The notes under the pieces: model-generated
Told to the model about the DNA's origin: nothing
Database searches by the model: none
What the model saw: the letters and a program-made list of their open reading frames with translations, nothing else
Assembly (NCBI GenBank): GCA_030324005.1
Contig: JARDVH010000031.1
Location: 38,609,614-38,673,613, forward strand
Direction of reading: 5' to 3'
Length of the DNA: 64,000 bases
Source: Negaprion brevirostris
Taxonomy: Eukaryota
Program-made: the position numbers and the translations under genes
In this document: one piece after another, positions 38,301-49,800 of the stretch
Layout of the letters: the number at the start of each line of letters is the position of its first letter
Numbering within the stretch: position 1 is the first letter of the stretch

Positions 38301-40110
38301 NNNNNNNNNNNNNNNNNNNNNNNNNNNNNNNNNNNNNNNNNNNNNNNNNNNNNNNNNNNNNNNNNNNNNNNNNNNNATAAAGGGGATGATTCTGGAAAAG
38401 AGGGAAAGGGGCGAGGGCAGAGGTGAGAGAGATGGATTGCACATGGTTAAATGCCCTGTCAAGCAGTGTGGGAGGGAACATTGGTGCAGGAAAAAGATCA
38501 CTAGAAGTGCAGTTTGGAAACAGAGCAACATTTAGGCAGATGTGACGCTTGAAGGAACTGGGATAATAGAATGAAGTTCTTCCAGGAAGCAGGGCGAGAG
38601 GAACTGTAGTTGAGGTAGCTATGGACGTCAGTGGGCTTATAATGAATATTAGTAGTCTATCACCTGCAAAGGAGACAGAAGTCAAAGAACAGAAGTGTTG
38701 GAAATTGACAATATGAGGGAGAGTGTGGGGTGGAAATTGGAAGCAAAATTGATCATTTCTAACATTTTCCTTTTTCCACAGCTAGCAATCACTAGCACAC
38801 CATCCAGCCCTTCGCTGACAGGGTTCTTGGCCTTGGCTGTCCAATTTCTAACATTTCCACTCTCATCCCTTCTCCCCCCCCCCCCGCATCCAAGATAGAG
38901 CCCCTCTCTTCCTTTCACTTCACTAGCTTCCATTTTTTAACAGACCATCCTCTNNNNNNNNNNNNNNNNNNNNNNNNNNNNNNNNNNNNNNNNNNNNNNN
39001 NNNNNNNNNNNNNNNNNNNNNNNNNNNNNNNNNNNNNNNNNNNNNNNNNNNNNATAGCAGATCCCACCCTCCCTTTTTCTTGCATTTGGAGGGACCATTC
39101 CCTCCATGATACAGTTGTGTATTTCTCAATTACCACCAACAGCTCCTTCCCCTGGCATGGTTCCTTTCCACACAAGCACAGGAGATGTGACACTCGCACT
39201 TTTACCTCCTCTCTACTCACCATCCTAAGTTCCAAACACACTTTTCATGTTTACATATACTTATTTCAATTACTACATTAACTGATTGAAATAGATCTGT
39301 TCATCACTGGGGAGACCAAACACAGTCAGACTGACTGCTTTGCAGATTATCACCATTCAGCACACAAGCATGTCCTGAGCTTCCAGTCACCTGTCACTTT
39401 AGTTCTCCACATGCTCTCAGGCAGACTCTTCCATCCTTGGCCTATTGTTATGCTCCAACAAAGCTCAAAAAGATTGTGAAACAACACTTCCTATTTCAAT
39501 TTGGCTCTTCACAGTTCTCCCAACTCAACCTTAAGTTTAACAATTACAGACCATAACGTCTGCTCCTATTTTGTTTCCTTTTTTTTAATGTAGAGATTTT
39601 TTTGTTTCTGCTTTTAGGAGGGGTTCATGCTACCATTCCCAATTCCTCTGGACACACCTTTCATTTCTTTACCTTCACTATTGTCACTTAATTTATCGCT
39701 ATACCAAGTCTACTGTCATTTAATCTTTCCTTTCTTTGCACGCTATAATAGACATTCAGTTTTGTTCATGTTATCCTCCCAAAACCCTCCCTTTCATTTA
39801 CTCAAGAACAACAACATTCCTAACTTTTCCCAGCTCTGACTACAGTTCTTCACATTTAGACATTAACTTTCTTTCTCCGCAAATGTTGCCAAACCTGCTG
39901 AGTGTGTCCAGTATTTCCCGTTTTTCAGCTCTCTATCACACATCGTATTTCGCTCTTCGCCATAACTTATTGACCGGGTATCATTATCACTGCACAATCC
40001 CCCTCACTTATACACCCTGGGAGATGGACACCTTCAACACCCACCCATCCCCGGCCTGCTCCCCGCTCACCCGTCAGGTAATTAGTCCACTTGTACAGGA
40101 TCCCTTCCAT
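26201..40110 (-). CDS. PLEKHA3: Pleckstrin homology domain-containing A3 (FAPP1), complete 8-exon CDS, ~307-309 aa
   Basis: [30 protein letters not shown]...; exons 40110-40071, 32138-32022, 31639-31484, 30167-30031, 28986-28822 (or 28816), 28650-28607, 28128-28004, 26340-26201 splice in frame. Confidence 0.95.
27437..27615 (+). mobile_element. CR1 LINE 3' end
   Basis: [24 protein letters not shown]; ends cctactcctgttcctagttcttatgttctta. Confidence 0.8.
28004..28128 (-). CDS. PLEKHA3: PLEKHA3 exon 7 (125 nt)
   Basis: aacag|G AAA CTG...[15 protein letters not shown]...A|gtaaga; phases match exons 6 and 8. Confidence 0.8.
28607..28650 (-). CDS. PLEKHA3: PLEKHA3 exon 6 (44 nt)
   Basis: cag|ATG AAA CGA TCC ATT AGC CAT CCT GGT (MKRSISHPG) ... 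AG|gtaagg. Confidence 0.88.
28816..28986 (-). CDS. PLEKHA3: PLEKHA3 exon 5 (165 or 171 nt, tandem donors)
   Basis: [37 protein letters not shown]...[11 protein letters not shown](VR). Confidence 0.9.
29516..29786 (+). mobile_element. tRNA-derived shark SINE (HE1-like)
   Basis: gggcagcatggtggcacagtg...ggttcaatcct...ttcattgcagtgtt...aataaa. Confidence 0.8.
30031..30167 (-). CDS. PLEKHA3: PLEKHA3 exon 4 (137 nt)
   Basis: [31 protein letters not shown]; ag/gtatga. Confidence 0.93.
30453..31251 (-). mobile_element. Solo LTR (799 bp) with 4-bp TSD in PLEKHA3 intron 3
   Basis: TG...CA termini (tgtaag...atcaca) flanked on both sides by ATGG; minus-strand AATAAA near 30620; related copy at 54669-55410. 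Confidence 0.75.
31484..31639 (-). CDS. PLEKHA3: PLEKHA3 exon 3 (156 nt)
   Basis: [42 protein letters not shown]; ag/gtaaca. Confidence 0.95.
32022..32138 (-). CDS. PLEKHA3: PLEKHA3 exon 2 (117 nt)
   Basis: [38 protein letters not shown]; ag/gtaaag. Confidence 0.95.
32990..35400 (-). mobile_element. Cluster of CR1 LINE fragments
   Basis: cataagaacataagaa tail at 32992; [21 protein letters not shown]; further reverse RT pieces at 33420-34056 and 34890-35340. Confidence 0.7.
34594..34880 (-). mobile_element. tRNA-derived shark SINE
   Basis: ggactgtgggaggaaaccggagcacctggaggaaacc...gtgcaaactccacac. Confidence 0.75.
36173..36358. repeat. Palindromic short element (Penelope-associated/MITE-like)
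   Basis: agtaagaagtctcacaacaccaggttaaaatccaac...gttggactttaacctggtgttgtgagacttcttact, ~46-bp inverted arms. Confidence 0.7.
37040..38750 (-). mobile_element. Degenerate Penelope-like retroelement (RT C-terminus + GIY-YIG); a SINE fragment is inserted at ~37428-37600
   Basis: [24 protein letters not shown]...IPFILTFHP; reverse LYIG...FVEYLRSV...VTCHFN at ~37845-37945. Confidence 0.65.
38800..39930 (+). mobile_element. Second degenerate Penelope-like fragment, inverted relative to 37040-38750
   Basis: ggggagaccaaacac (GETK)...cctgagcttccagtcacctgtcactttagt ([10 protein letters not shown]); tail acctgctgagtgtgtccagtattt. Confidence 0.6.
40071..40110 (-). CDS. PLEKHA3: PLEKHA3 exon 1 coding part
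   Basis: ATG GAA GGG ATC CTG TAC AAG TGG ACT AAT TAC CTG ACG G|gtgagc. Confidence 0.93.
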
Positions 40111-40630
40111 TTTCACATCTTCCGATTCGGCGTCACTTCAGCATCAGCTCGCCTTCACATCCAGGCCGCAGCAAAGCCCCCAGTGGCCCAATCCAGTCCG
40201 GCCCGCGCTCTCGCTTTCATTGCTGCGCGGGCCTGAGTTCGCCCGTGGCCGCGGCCTCAGACGCAGATCCTTCTCTCAGTACCATCCCGATAGCCAGCCA
40301 GGCACCCACCCTCCCTGTCAACCTTTGACCTCCCACCCTCGGCACCGGAAGTTCCCGCCCTAACACCGCGAGGGGGGGGTCCCGGCAGCACCGACAGGGA
40401 AACGCAGTAGCCGCGCAGCCGCAGAAGGTGCCCGTCCTCCGGCGGCTAGGACAGGCTTGTCTCGCGCGCGAATAGGATTGGGCGGTAGGGTCGCTGACTG
40501 ACAGCTCGAGTAGCCAATGACAGTTGAGAATCCCCCCGTCCGTTGTCTGGGTTACGTGGCCCGTTGCTACGTGGCAGCGGAGCTCGAGTTGCTGCTGATG
40601 GTTAGAGTGTGGTGTTCGTTAACCAGCCTC

Positions 40631-40842
40631 ATGTCCACCATGTACCGATACAGCGCCTTGCTGTTCTACTCGTTGGTTTGCTCTGTTCTCTTCAACTGCA
40701 TTTGCGCGGAAGACGCGGAAGAAGTAAAGATAGAAGTTTTGTACAAGCCAGAAAACTGTCCCGTGAAGAGCAAACGTGGAGATGCGCTTAATGCTCATTA
40801 TGATGGTTTCCTGGCAAAAGACGGCTCCAAAGTTTACTGCAG
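40631..40842 (+). CDS. FKBP7: FKBP7 exon 1 coding (ATG 40631, or better-Kozak ATG 40640)
   Basis: [36 protein letters not shown]...YCS; TGCAG|gtcagt. Confidence 0.9.
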
Positions 40843-43800
40843 GTCAGTGTTTTCCTCTTTACATGGAAAATGATAAATTTGGATTTTACTTTGTACGTTT
40901 TCTGCCAATTCCATTCTGCACCTTCTCCTAAAGCAAGTTGGTATTTCATATTCGAAAGCAAAATACTGTGGATGCTGGAAATCTGAAATAAGATACAGGG
41001 GATACTTAGGTCCATCTGTGATGAGAGAAACAGGAGTTAAAGTTTCAGGTTGATGATCTTCCACCATTACTAGGAAAAGTTCGAACCTTCTGGACAAATG
41101 GTAAAAGAGCCAGAGGGATGGGATGGGATGGGAATGCAGTAAGGAAGATCCGTGATGAATGGGGAGCAGGTGAGATTATTTGACAGATTATGCCACTAGA
41201 TATGCCATTGGGAGTGGTGATGAAAGAGACAAAATATGTGGCAGAAAATGTGGCAAAATGATAAACAGATGCTGTCCAAAAGCAAAAATAAGGAAGAAAC
41301 AAGATAGCAAGAACAAAACCTGCAAAGAACATGGGGGAAGAGATTACAATCTGAATTTGTTGAACTCAAATGGTGAGTTCAGAAGGCTGTAAATGCCCGA
41401 TTGAAAGATAAAGTGCTCTTCCTCGAACTTACATTGAGCTTTGTTTATTGGAGCTACTCCAATCCCAGTTGGCGTTACTACTGGACTGGACCTCCCAGAA
41501 TTGGAATAATAACAAATAAATGGCAGAGGAACTTAATAGTTACTTTGCATCAGTCTTCATGGTGGAAGACACCAGTGGGATGCCAGAGCTCCAGGAGAAG
41601 TGGGGGCACAGGTGAGTGCAGTGGCCATCACTTAAGGAGAAGTTTCTGGGGCACCTGAAAGGTCTGAAGGTGGATATTCACCTGGACTGAATGGACTACG
41701 CCACAGGATTCTAGAAGAGATAGCTGAGGAAATTGTGGAGGCATTGATGGTGATCTTTCAGGAATCGCTGGAGGCAGGGAGGGTCCCAGAGGACTGAAAA
41801 GTAGCTAACGTAACACTACTGTTTAAGAAGGGAGAGAGGCAGTAGACTGGAAATTATAAGTCGGTTAGCCTGACTTCAGTCCTTGGCAAGATTTTAGAGT
41901 CCATTATTAAAAATGAGATTGCAGAATACTTGAAAGTGCATGATAAAATAGGACTGAATCAACACAGCTTTGTCATNNNNNNNNNNNNNNNNNNNNNNNN
42001 NNNNNNNNNNNNNNNNNNNNNNNNNNNNNNNNNNNNNNNNNNNNNNNNNNNNNNNNNNNNNNNNNNNNNNNNNNNNNNNNNNNNNNNNNNNNNNNNNNNN
42101 NNNNNNNNNNNNNNNNNNNNNNNNNNNNNNNNNNNNNNNNNNNNNNNNNNNNNNNNNNNNNNNNNNNNNNNNNNNNNNNNNNNNNNNNNNNNNNNNNNNN
42201 NNNNNNNNNNNNNNNNNNNNNNNNNNNNNNNNNNNNNNNNNNNNNNNNNNNNNNNNNNNNNNNNNNNNNNNNNNNNNNNNNNNNNNNNNNNNNNNNNNNN
42301 NNNNNNNNNNNNNNNNNNNNNNNNNNNNNNNNNNNNNNNNNNNNNNNNNNNNNNNNNNNNNNNNNNNNNNNNNNNNNNNNNNNNNNNNNNNNNNNNNNNN
42401 NNNNNNNNNNNNNNNNNNNNNNNNNNNNNNNNNNNNNNNNNNNNNNNNNNNNNNNNNNNNNNNNNNNNNNNNNNNNNNNNNNNNNNNNNNNNNNNNNNNN
42501 NNNNNNNNNNNNNNNNNNNNNNNNNNNNNNNNNNNNNNNNNNNNNNNNNNNNNNNNNNNNNNNNNNNNNNNNNNNNNNNNNNNNAGAGGGCTAGAATACA
42601 AGAACAGGGATATACTTCTGAGGCTGTATAAGGCTCTGGTCAGATCCCATTTGAAGTATTATGAGTAGTTTTGGGCCTCATATCTAAGGAAGGATGTGCT
42701 GGCCTTGGAAAGGGTCCAGAGGGGGTTCACAAGAAATGTCCCTGGAATGAAGAGCTTGTTACATGAGGAACAGTTGAGGACTCTGAGTGTGTACTCATTT
42801 GAGTTTCGAAGAATGAGGGATGATCTTATTGAAACTTACAGGATACTGCAAGGCCTGGATAGAGTGGATGTGGAGAGGATGTTTCCACTCGTAGGAAACA
42901 GTAGAACCAGAAGGCACAACCTCAGGCTGAAGGGGCGATCCTTTAAAACAGAGGATGAGGAGGAATTTCTTCAGCCAGAGAGTGGAACTCTTTGCTGCAG
43001 AGGGCTGTGGAAGCCAGGTCATTGAGTGTCTTTAAGACAGAGATAGATAGGTTCTTGATTAATAAGGGGATCAGACGTTATGGTGAAAGAGCAGGAGAAT
43101 GGGGATAAGAAAAATATCTGCCATGATTGAGTCTGCTCTGCCATTCAATGTGCCGAGTGGCCTAATTCTGCTCCTGTGTCTTATAGTCTAATTGAACCCT
43201 GATCCAAAAGACTTATCAATGTTTTCTTAAAAAAAGAAAAGGTTGAACAGTGCCAGAGGGCTGCCAAATAGCTTTCAACAACAAAAGAATGTATTAAACA
43301 CAAAAGGCTTCACTACAGTACCATGTTCCTTCATTCTCACTAATCTTTGCAAATGTACACAAATTTTAAGTATAACACACGTTATAAAATATATCTTGTG
43401 CTATAAGGTTTTCAATAAACAGCAGTCCCAGGCTAACTCTGGCCAGGCCACCCCGACTCTGAAACCAAGCAGCAGATGCCACTCATTCAAACTTCTGTGA
43501 GTTTCTCCTCAAATTTCCCCCAGATAATGGTCACACGTGTGTTGAGGATATTCAAATTCTTCTCTTTATTATCGGGGAGAATGTAAATGTATGCGCTGCT
43601 TGACTCTGTTTATTTTCTCAATTGAATAAAGATTTGTAATGTCAAGCAGCAAACTGAAGTTACTAATCTGCTGAATATGATGATATTGTAGTGTAATTTT
43701 GTTTCTGATTCAAGAATATTTCTGTAAGCTTTCCTTAGGAAAACGAAATTAAGCTATCCTACTGCAGTCAATTTTTGCATTCTTACATTCAGCTGGGGCC

Positions 43801-46800
43801 TATTTTGTTAATGTGATTTAATTTTTTAGCTATGGTGGTCATATCTTTTAACCCATGTTTACTCTGAAGATAACAGAAATTCAGCCTCCTTCAGCTGACC
43901 TATATTTTTGAGCTGACGTTTTGATACTGAATACAAGTTTGTATTTCTTTACAGTAATTAAACAAAACATTAATAGGTTAGTGCCTAAAGTAAACTGAAG
44001 ACCACTTTAATCTTTAATCACTGCCACCCCTTTCTCTTATTCTGATTTATTTATTTTGACTTGTTCAACTGTTTACATTTATTATCGCTATGTACATTTT
44101 TCGCTTTGCTTTCTTTATCATTCTAAAGTTTCTTTTTCAATATTGCTCATTAAAAACTAGGCATGATCTTTGATGAGATTAGGCCAGTGTCTGATGTGGA
44201 TTATACAATATATTGAACATTTTTCATAAGTTTTATAATTCACTCACAAAGAAATAAAGGTGAATTCCCATTTTGTGCTGTCACTTGATTAACCATTTTG
44301 AATAGGTTGGCATGAATTGTTCAGTTACCACTTTTCAGCTAAGATGGCATGAAGAACAATATTTAATATTATAAATAAAGTGGAGATCCTGTAGATTTTA
44401 TTGTTTAGTATTGTTGAAACATGAAGCAATATAACTAGATATACTTCCAGGACATTTATAGCTTACGTAGTCATTGAAAGCGATTCTGAATTCTTTAGAG
44501 TGAAGCTTGCATTCAGATAATTCCTCGCACGTTAGGCGTAGACTAAAATCATGAATAGGTCACTGACAATGGGACGGCGGCGCGGGCTCGTTGGGCCAAA
44601 GGGCCTGTNNNNNNNNNNNNNNNNNNNNNNNNNNNNNNNNNNNNNNNNNNNNNNNNNNNNNNNNNNNNNNNNNNNNNNNNNNNNNNNNNNNNNNNNNNNN
44701 NNNNNNNNTTTTTTGCTCTTAATAGAGACATTTCTCATCAGACTAGCAAACAGAGTTTTAAAAAACTTGCACTCTCAATATGGAGCAGTTATCAAAGGCA
44801 ATTCCAGCATAAATTATAATTAAATATCTACTTGTAAGGACGGCATGGTGGCACAGTGGTTAGTACTGCTGCCTCGCAACGCCAGGGACCTGGGTTTGAT
44901 TCCCTGCTTGGGTCACTGTCTGTGCAGAGTTTGCACATTCTCCCTGTGTCTGCATGGGTTTCCTCCCATAGTCCAAAAGACATGCTGGCTAGGTGTATTG
45001 GCCATGCTGAATTCTCCCTAAGTGTACTCAGACAGGTGCTCAAGTGTGGCTATGGGGGGGGAGAGACTTCATTGCAGTGCTAAGGTAAGCCTACTTGTGA
45101 CACCAGTAGATAAACTTTTAAAACTTTTAAACTTGTATTTAAGTCATAATTCTATTAAGGTTGAGGTGTGGTAAGATTTAAATGTCTGGCTTTAATATGG
45201 GAATAGTAATCCAAATTGGTCACAACCGAGCACTGGTCCTCACACTCATGCCATTTCTAAGTAGCATATGATTTCCTCAGTGGGTCAGGATTGTTTGTTT
45301 TTTGTTGGCTCATTGTAAGAAACAACATCTGAGGGGGAAATTCTTACACCCTGTGGAATGTTCATTCTTTACAAGGTCCTGTAGAATCTTCAAAATAAGG
45401 CCAGTACTAATTACAATAAAAACAGAAAATGCTGGAAAATTTTAGCGGCGATTGACAGCATCTGTGGAGAAAGAACCAAGCTAACTTGAAGAGTCTGAGT
45501 CTTTGAGGGGCATTCAGACTCAAAATTAGCTCTGTTCTTTCTCCGCATATGCTTCCGGACCCTGCTGAGATTTTCCATAATTTTCGAGTTTAATTTCATT
45601 TCCAGCATCTGTAGTAATTTGCTTTTATATGATACTAATGTGCTGTACTGCTGCAGTATTAGGGATGTGCACAAGCTGACCATGGATTATTTGCTTCCTG
45701 ATAATATCGTAATGGTAGAACTAAACAAGAAAATCTTTACAATATCTTAGCATTGTTAGAAAGTAAACCAAAGTGTGCTTTTGCTGCACAATTGGGACGC
45801 TAGTGAGTTGGAAAGGAAGGTTGAATAAAGTTATGGGACATGACTATGGTAAGGGATCATATAACTTAGTTTATTGATCCTGTAACTTAGTTTATGGACT
45901 GAGAAGGATAGCAGCCACCTCCAATGTACATTAATTTCTGAAGTGCATTTCAGTATAACAAATTCAAATGAAAAAATGTCCTGAATACATTTTCAACTTG
46001 CTTCATGTCCTAAGGATGTCATATTTGGATTATGTATGGAGGAAAATATTGTCCTTTTACTTTGTGGTTTGTTTAGGTGGTATAACTTCTCTGCAAAACA
46101 CCTTTCATAATTGTAATTCTGTATTTTGATTTATTGAAAGATTTATAACCTAGCTAATTGAAGAAAGCATTTCATATTCCTACAGTCGTACAGACAACGA
46201 AGGCCACCCTAAGTGGTTTATACTTGGTGTTGGGCAAGTGATAAAAGGATTAGACATTGGTATGACTGACATGTGTGAAGGAGAAAAAAGGAAGTTAATT
46301 ATACCACCTTCCCTGGGATATGGAGTAATTGGCAGAGGTAATATTCAAATTCAATTTAACAGTTTTTCTTGTTTATTTTTAACATTTGTTATTGAAGCCT
46401 TGTTAACGTAATACAAATAACACAAAGTCCCTCCAGTTTAACTTGGAACATAGAACATTACAGCATAGTACAGGCCCTTCGGCCCTCAATGTTGTACCGA
46501 GCTATGTCCAATCCCAAGATCAAGCTATTCCACTCCCTATCTTTCTGGTGTGCTCCACGTGCCTATCCAATAACCGCTTGAAAGTTCCTAAAGTGTCCAA
46601 CTCCATTATCATAGCAGGCAGTCTATTCCACACCCCAACTACTCTGAGTGAAGAACCTACCTCGGACATCCCTCCTATATCTCCCGCCATGAACCTTAAA
46701 GTTATGCCCCCTAGTAACAGCTACATCCACCCGAGGAAATACTCTCTGCACGTCCACTCTATCAATCCTTCTCATCATCTTGTAGACCTCTATTAAGTCG

Positions 46801-49800
46801 CCTCTCATCCTCCTCCGCTCCAAAAAAAGTCCCAGCTCCCTCAACCTTTCCTCATAAGACCTGCCCTCCAACATAAGAACATAATAACATTAGAACATAA
46901 GAAATAGGAGCAGGAGTAGGCCATCTAGCCCTTCGAGCCTGCCCCGCCATTCAATAACATTGTGGCTGATCTGAAGTGGATCAGTTTCACTTGCCCGCTT
47001 TCTCCCCATAACCCCTAATTCCCCGGTCTATCAAAAACNNNNNNNNNNNNNNNNNNNNNNNNNNNNNNNNNNNNNNNNNNNNNNNNNNNNNNNNNNNNNN
47101 NNNNNNNNNNNNNNNNNNNNNNNNNNNNNNNNNNNNNNNNNNNNNNNNNNNNNNNNNNNNNNNNNNNNNNNNNNNNNNNNNNNNNNNNNNNNNNNNNNNN
47201 NNNNNNNNNNNNNNNNNNNNNNNNNNNNNNNNNNNNNNNNNNNNNNNNNNNNNNNNNNNNNNNNNNNNNNNNNNNNNNNNNNNNNNNNNNNNNNNNNNNN
47301 NNNNNNNNNNNNNNNNNNNNNNNNNNNNNNNNNNNNNNNNNNNNNNNNNNNNNNNNNNNNNNNNNNNNNNNNNNNNNNNNNNNNNNNNNNNNNNNNNNNN
47401 NNNNNNNNNNNNNNNNNNNNNNNNNNNNNNNNNNNNNNNNNNNNNNNNNNNNNNNNNNNNNNNNNNNNNNNNNNNNNNNNNNNNNNNNNNNNNNNNNNNN
47501 NNNNNNNNNNNNNNNNNNNNNNNNNNNNNNNNNNNNNNNNNNNNNNNNNNNNNNNNNNNNNNNNNNNNNNNNNNNNNNNNNNNNNNNNNNNNNNNNNNNN
47601 NNAATTCAGTCAAATTTGTGAGGCAGGACTTGGCCCTCACAAAACCGTGCTGATTATCCCGGATTAAACTGCATCTTTCAAAATGGTCATAAATCCTATC
47701 TCTCAGGACCCTTTCCATTAACTTACTGACCACTGAAGTAAGACCAACTGGCTTATAATTACCAGACCAACTTGTAGATAAATATTGAATGTATGACATG
47801 GTCATTAACATACACGCTTGTGTTCTATGAATTTCATAACAATGATTTAATGCATGTTACTCAACAGTGGAAGATTTTGGCCAACAGCATGAACATTATT
47901 TCAAAACTCTTCAGATTATTTTGGAAGAAAATATGATCTAATACCATGGCGTTTCCTGCACTTTTATCTTATTGTTTATTAAAGGAATGTTTGGAATGTT
48001 TTGGCATAGAACTAATTATGCATGAACCTAACAATATTATTTACTACTTTTTTACCTGTAACGTATTCTTCTGTATTGCCTTGTCTAATTGGTAATACCT
48101 CACTTTTAACTGTTTAAAATTTTCTACAGTTCGTGAGAAGAAGCTTGTCCACCTACATAATCCATTGATAACTTGAGCAATTATGCATGCTGAGAAAGAT
48201 GAACCTCTGGTGTAGAGTAGAGTGCATGTATTTATTTCTACACGGTATGTACACTCAAAATTGGTCCCGGAATTACTAGCTTCACTAATATTAATAAAAA
48301 TAGTAGGCTTCTGACAGAATAAAAATGAAGAATCACTGTAAAGATTTTGTGGGTCAAAAAGAAAGCATGTCAATGCTTTGGTAACTTTGATAGCAAATGA
48401 AACCTCATCTGCATTACCAAAGTAATAAGCACAAAAATAAAAATCAAGGTGATGGATTTGTGTTAAGAATGTTTTCCATGAAAATAGAACTCATCAATGT
48501 CAGTATAATAATGCCACGGTTGGAAGAATGGATCTAGAGTAGGCAATTTTCCAAAAGTGAGTAGTGCAGGAAGATTAAAATGGGTTTTGTAAGGTGACAG
48601 ATACTAAAAGGAGGGGGAAGAAAAGGCTAGACTTTGGTGGACCAAGCAACAACCTACAGCAAGATAGGTTTCACTTTCCCGTGGAAGTGAGCAATCAGCC
48701 TGCTTCTGTTGTGCATACTAATCTTGAAGAATTGGCATATCAAAAGTTAACCTGGAGCAAGTGGGAAATCATGCTGTTGAAAGACCTTTGCCTTGTCATT
48801 CTGCACCAATAATCATTAGTTAGTATTTGACTATCAAGATTTGTCTTTAATATGGAATTGGTCACAACTGAGCACTGGCCCCCAAACTCATGACATTCTT
48901 AAGTAGCATATGATTTTCTGAATGGGTCAGGATTGCTTCTTATTTGTTGGGTGATTAAAAACAACATCTCTGAGGAGGAAATTCCTATACTCTGTGAGGC
49001 CTCTCTCCTTTACAATGTCCTGTACAATCTCCAAAATAAGGCCAAGTACTAAAGGCATGAACTTGTTGCAATTTTTAAATTTTTTACTCCACTCTTAAAA
49101 TGACAAAGCCTATGCTCAGAGTGAACAGGAAAATCCAAATCCAATCTTTTCTTTAGAAAACAAATTCCAATTCCAATTGAATCCAATCATTGTCCCCACA
49201 GGAGAAGCAAACCAGATCCAAGCTGACAACATAAGACATTACACTGCATCTCAGGCTTGATCTGATGCTTGAACTTAGCCAAAAGACCAAGTGAATCATT
49301 GGCCTCCTGATAACTATCAAAATGGTAGAACTGAACAGAAGGAGTTCCTTGACAATACTTGGCACGGTGGGAAATTAACCTAAAATGGACGAGCTTTCTC
49401 TGTGCAAACAGGACATTACAAGGATAATTGAAATTATAGGATGTGGCTGTGGTGAGGGATCAAAAGGCACAGTACCTGTTTGAGTCAGGAAATAGTTTTT
49501 CAGTCCTATTTACTACATTAAAGAACATATTTAAAACTTTAATTACTACCTGAGAATTATGATTTAAATGTCTGTCTTCAATATGGGAATGATAATCCAG
49601 ATTGGTTAGAGTGAAACACTGGCCCCTAAATTTGTATGCAGTTCCTAAGTAGCACATAGCTTCCCCAATAGGTCAGAATTGCTTGCTATCTGTTGGGTTA
49701 TTTTGCACAACAACAATTCTGAAGAAATCTCAGGCATCAGGCATGTGCTTCCTATTAGTGAATTAGAGCACCATTTTCTTTGACAAATATAAGGCTCAAG

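Larger units (their letters stand above)
39990..40850. promoter_or_regulatory. CpG island / bidirectional promoter of PLEKHA3 and FKBP7
   Basis: Only CpG-dense block; head-to-head ATGs at 40110(-) and 40631/40640(+); ETS CCGGAAGT 40345, ATTGG 40477, CCAAT 40514, TGACAG x2. Confidence 0.85.

Noticed and set aside
38250-38402. Repeat of ataaaggggatgattctggaaaaga
   Set aside because: Also flanks a 100-N gap; assembly overlap artefact.
40517-40630. In-frame upstream ATG extending FKBP7 by 38 aa
   Set aside because: The ATG overlaps the CCAAT box in the promoter, probably upstream of the TSS, and would displace the signal peptide.
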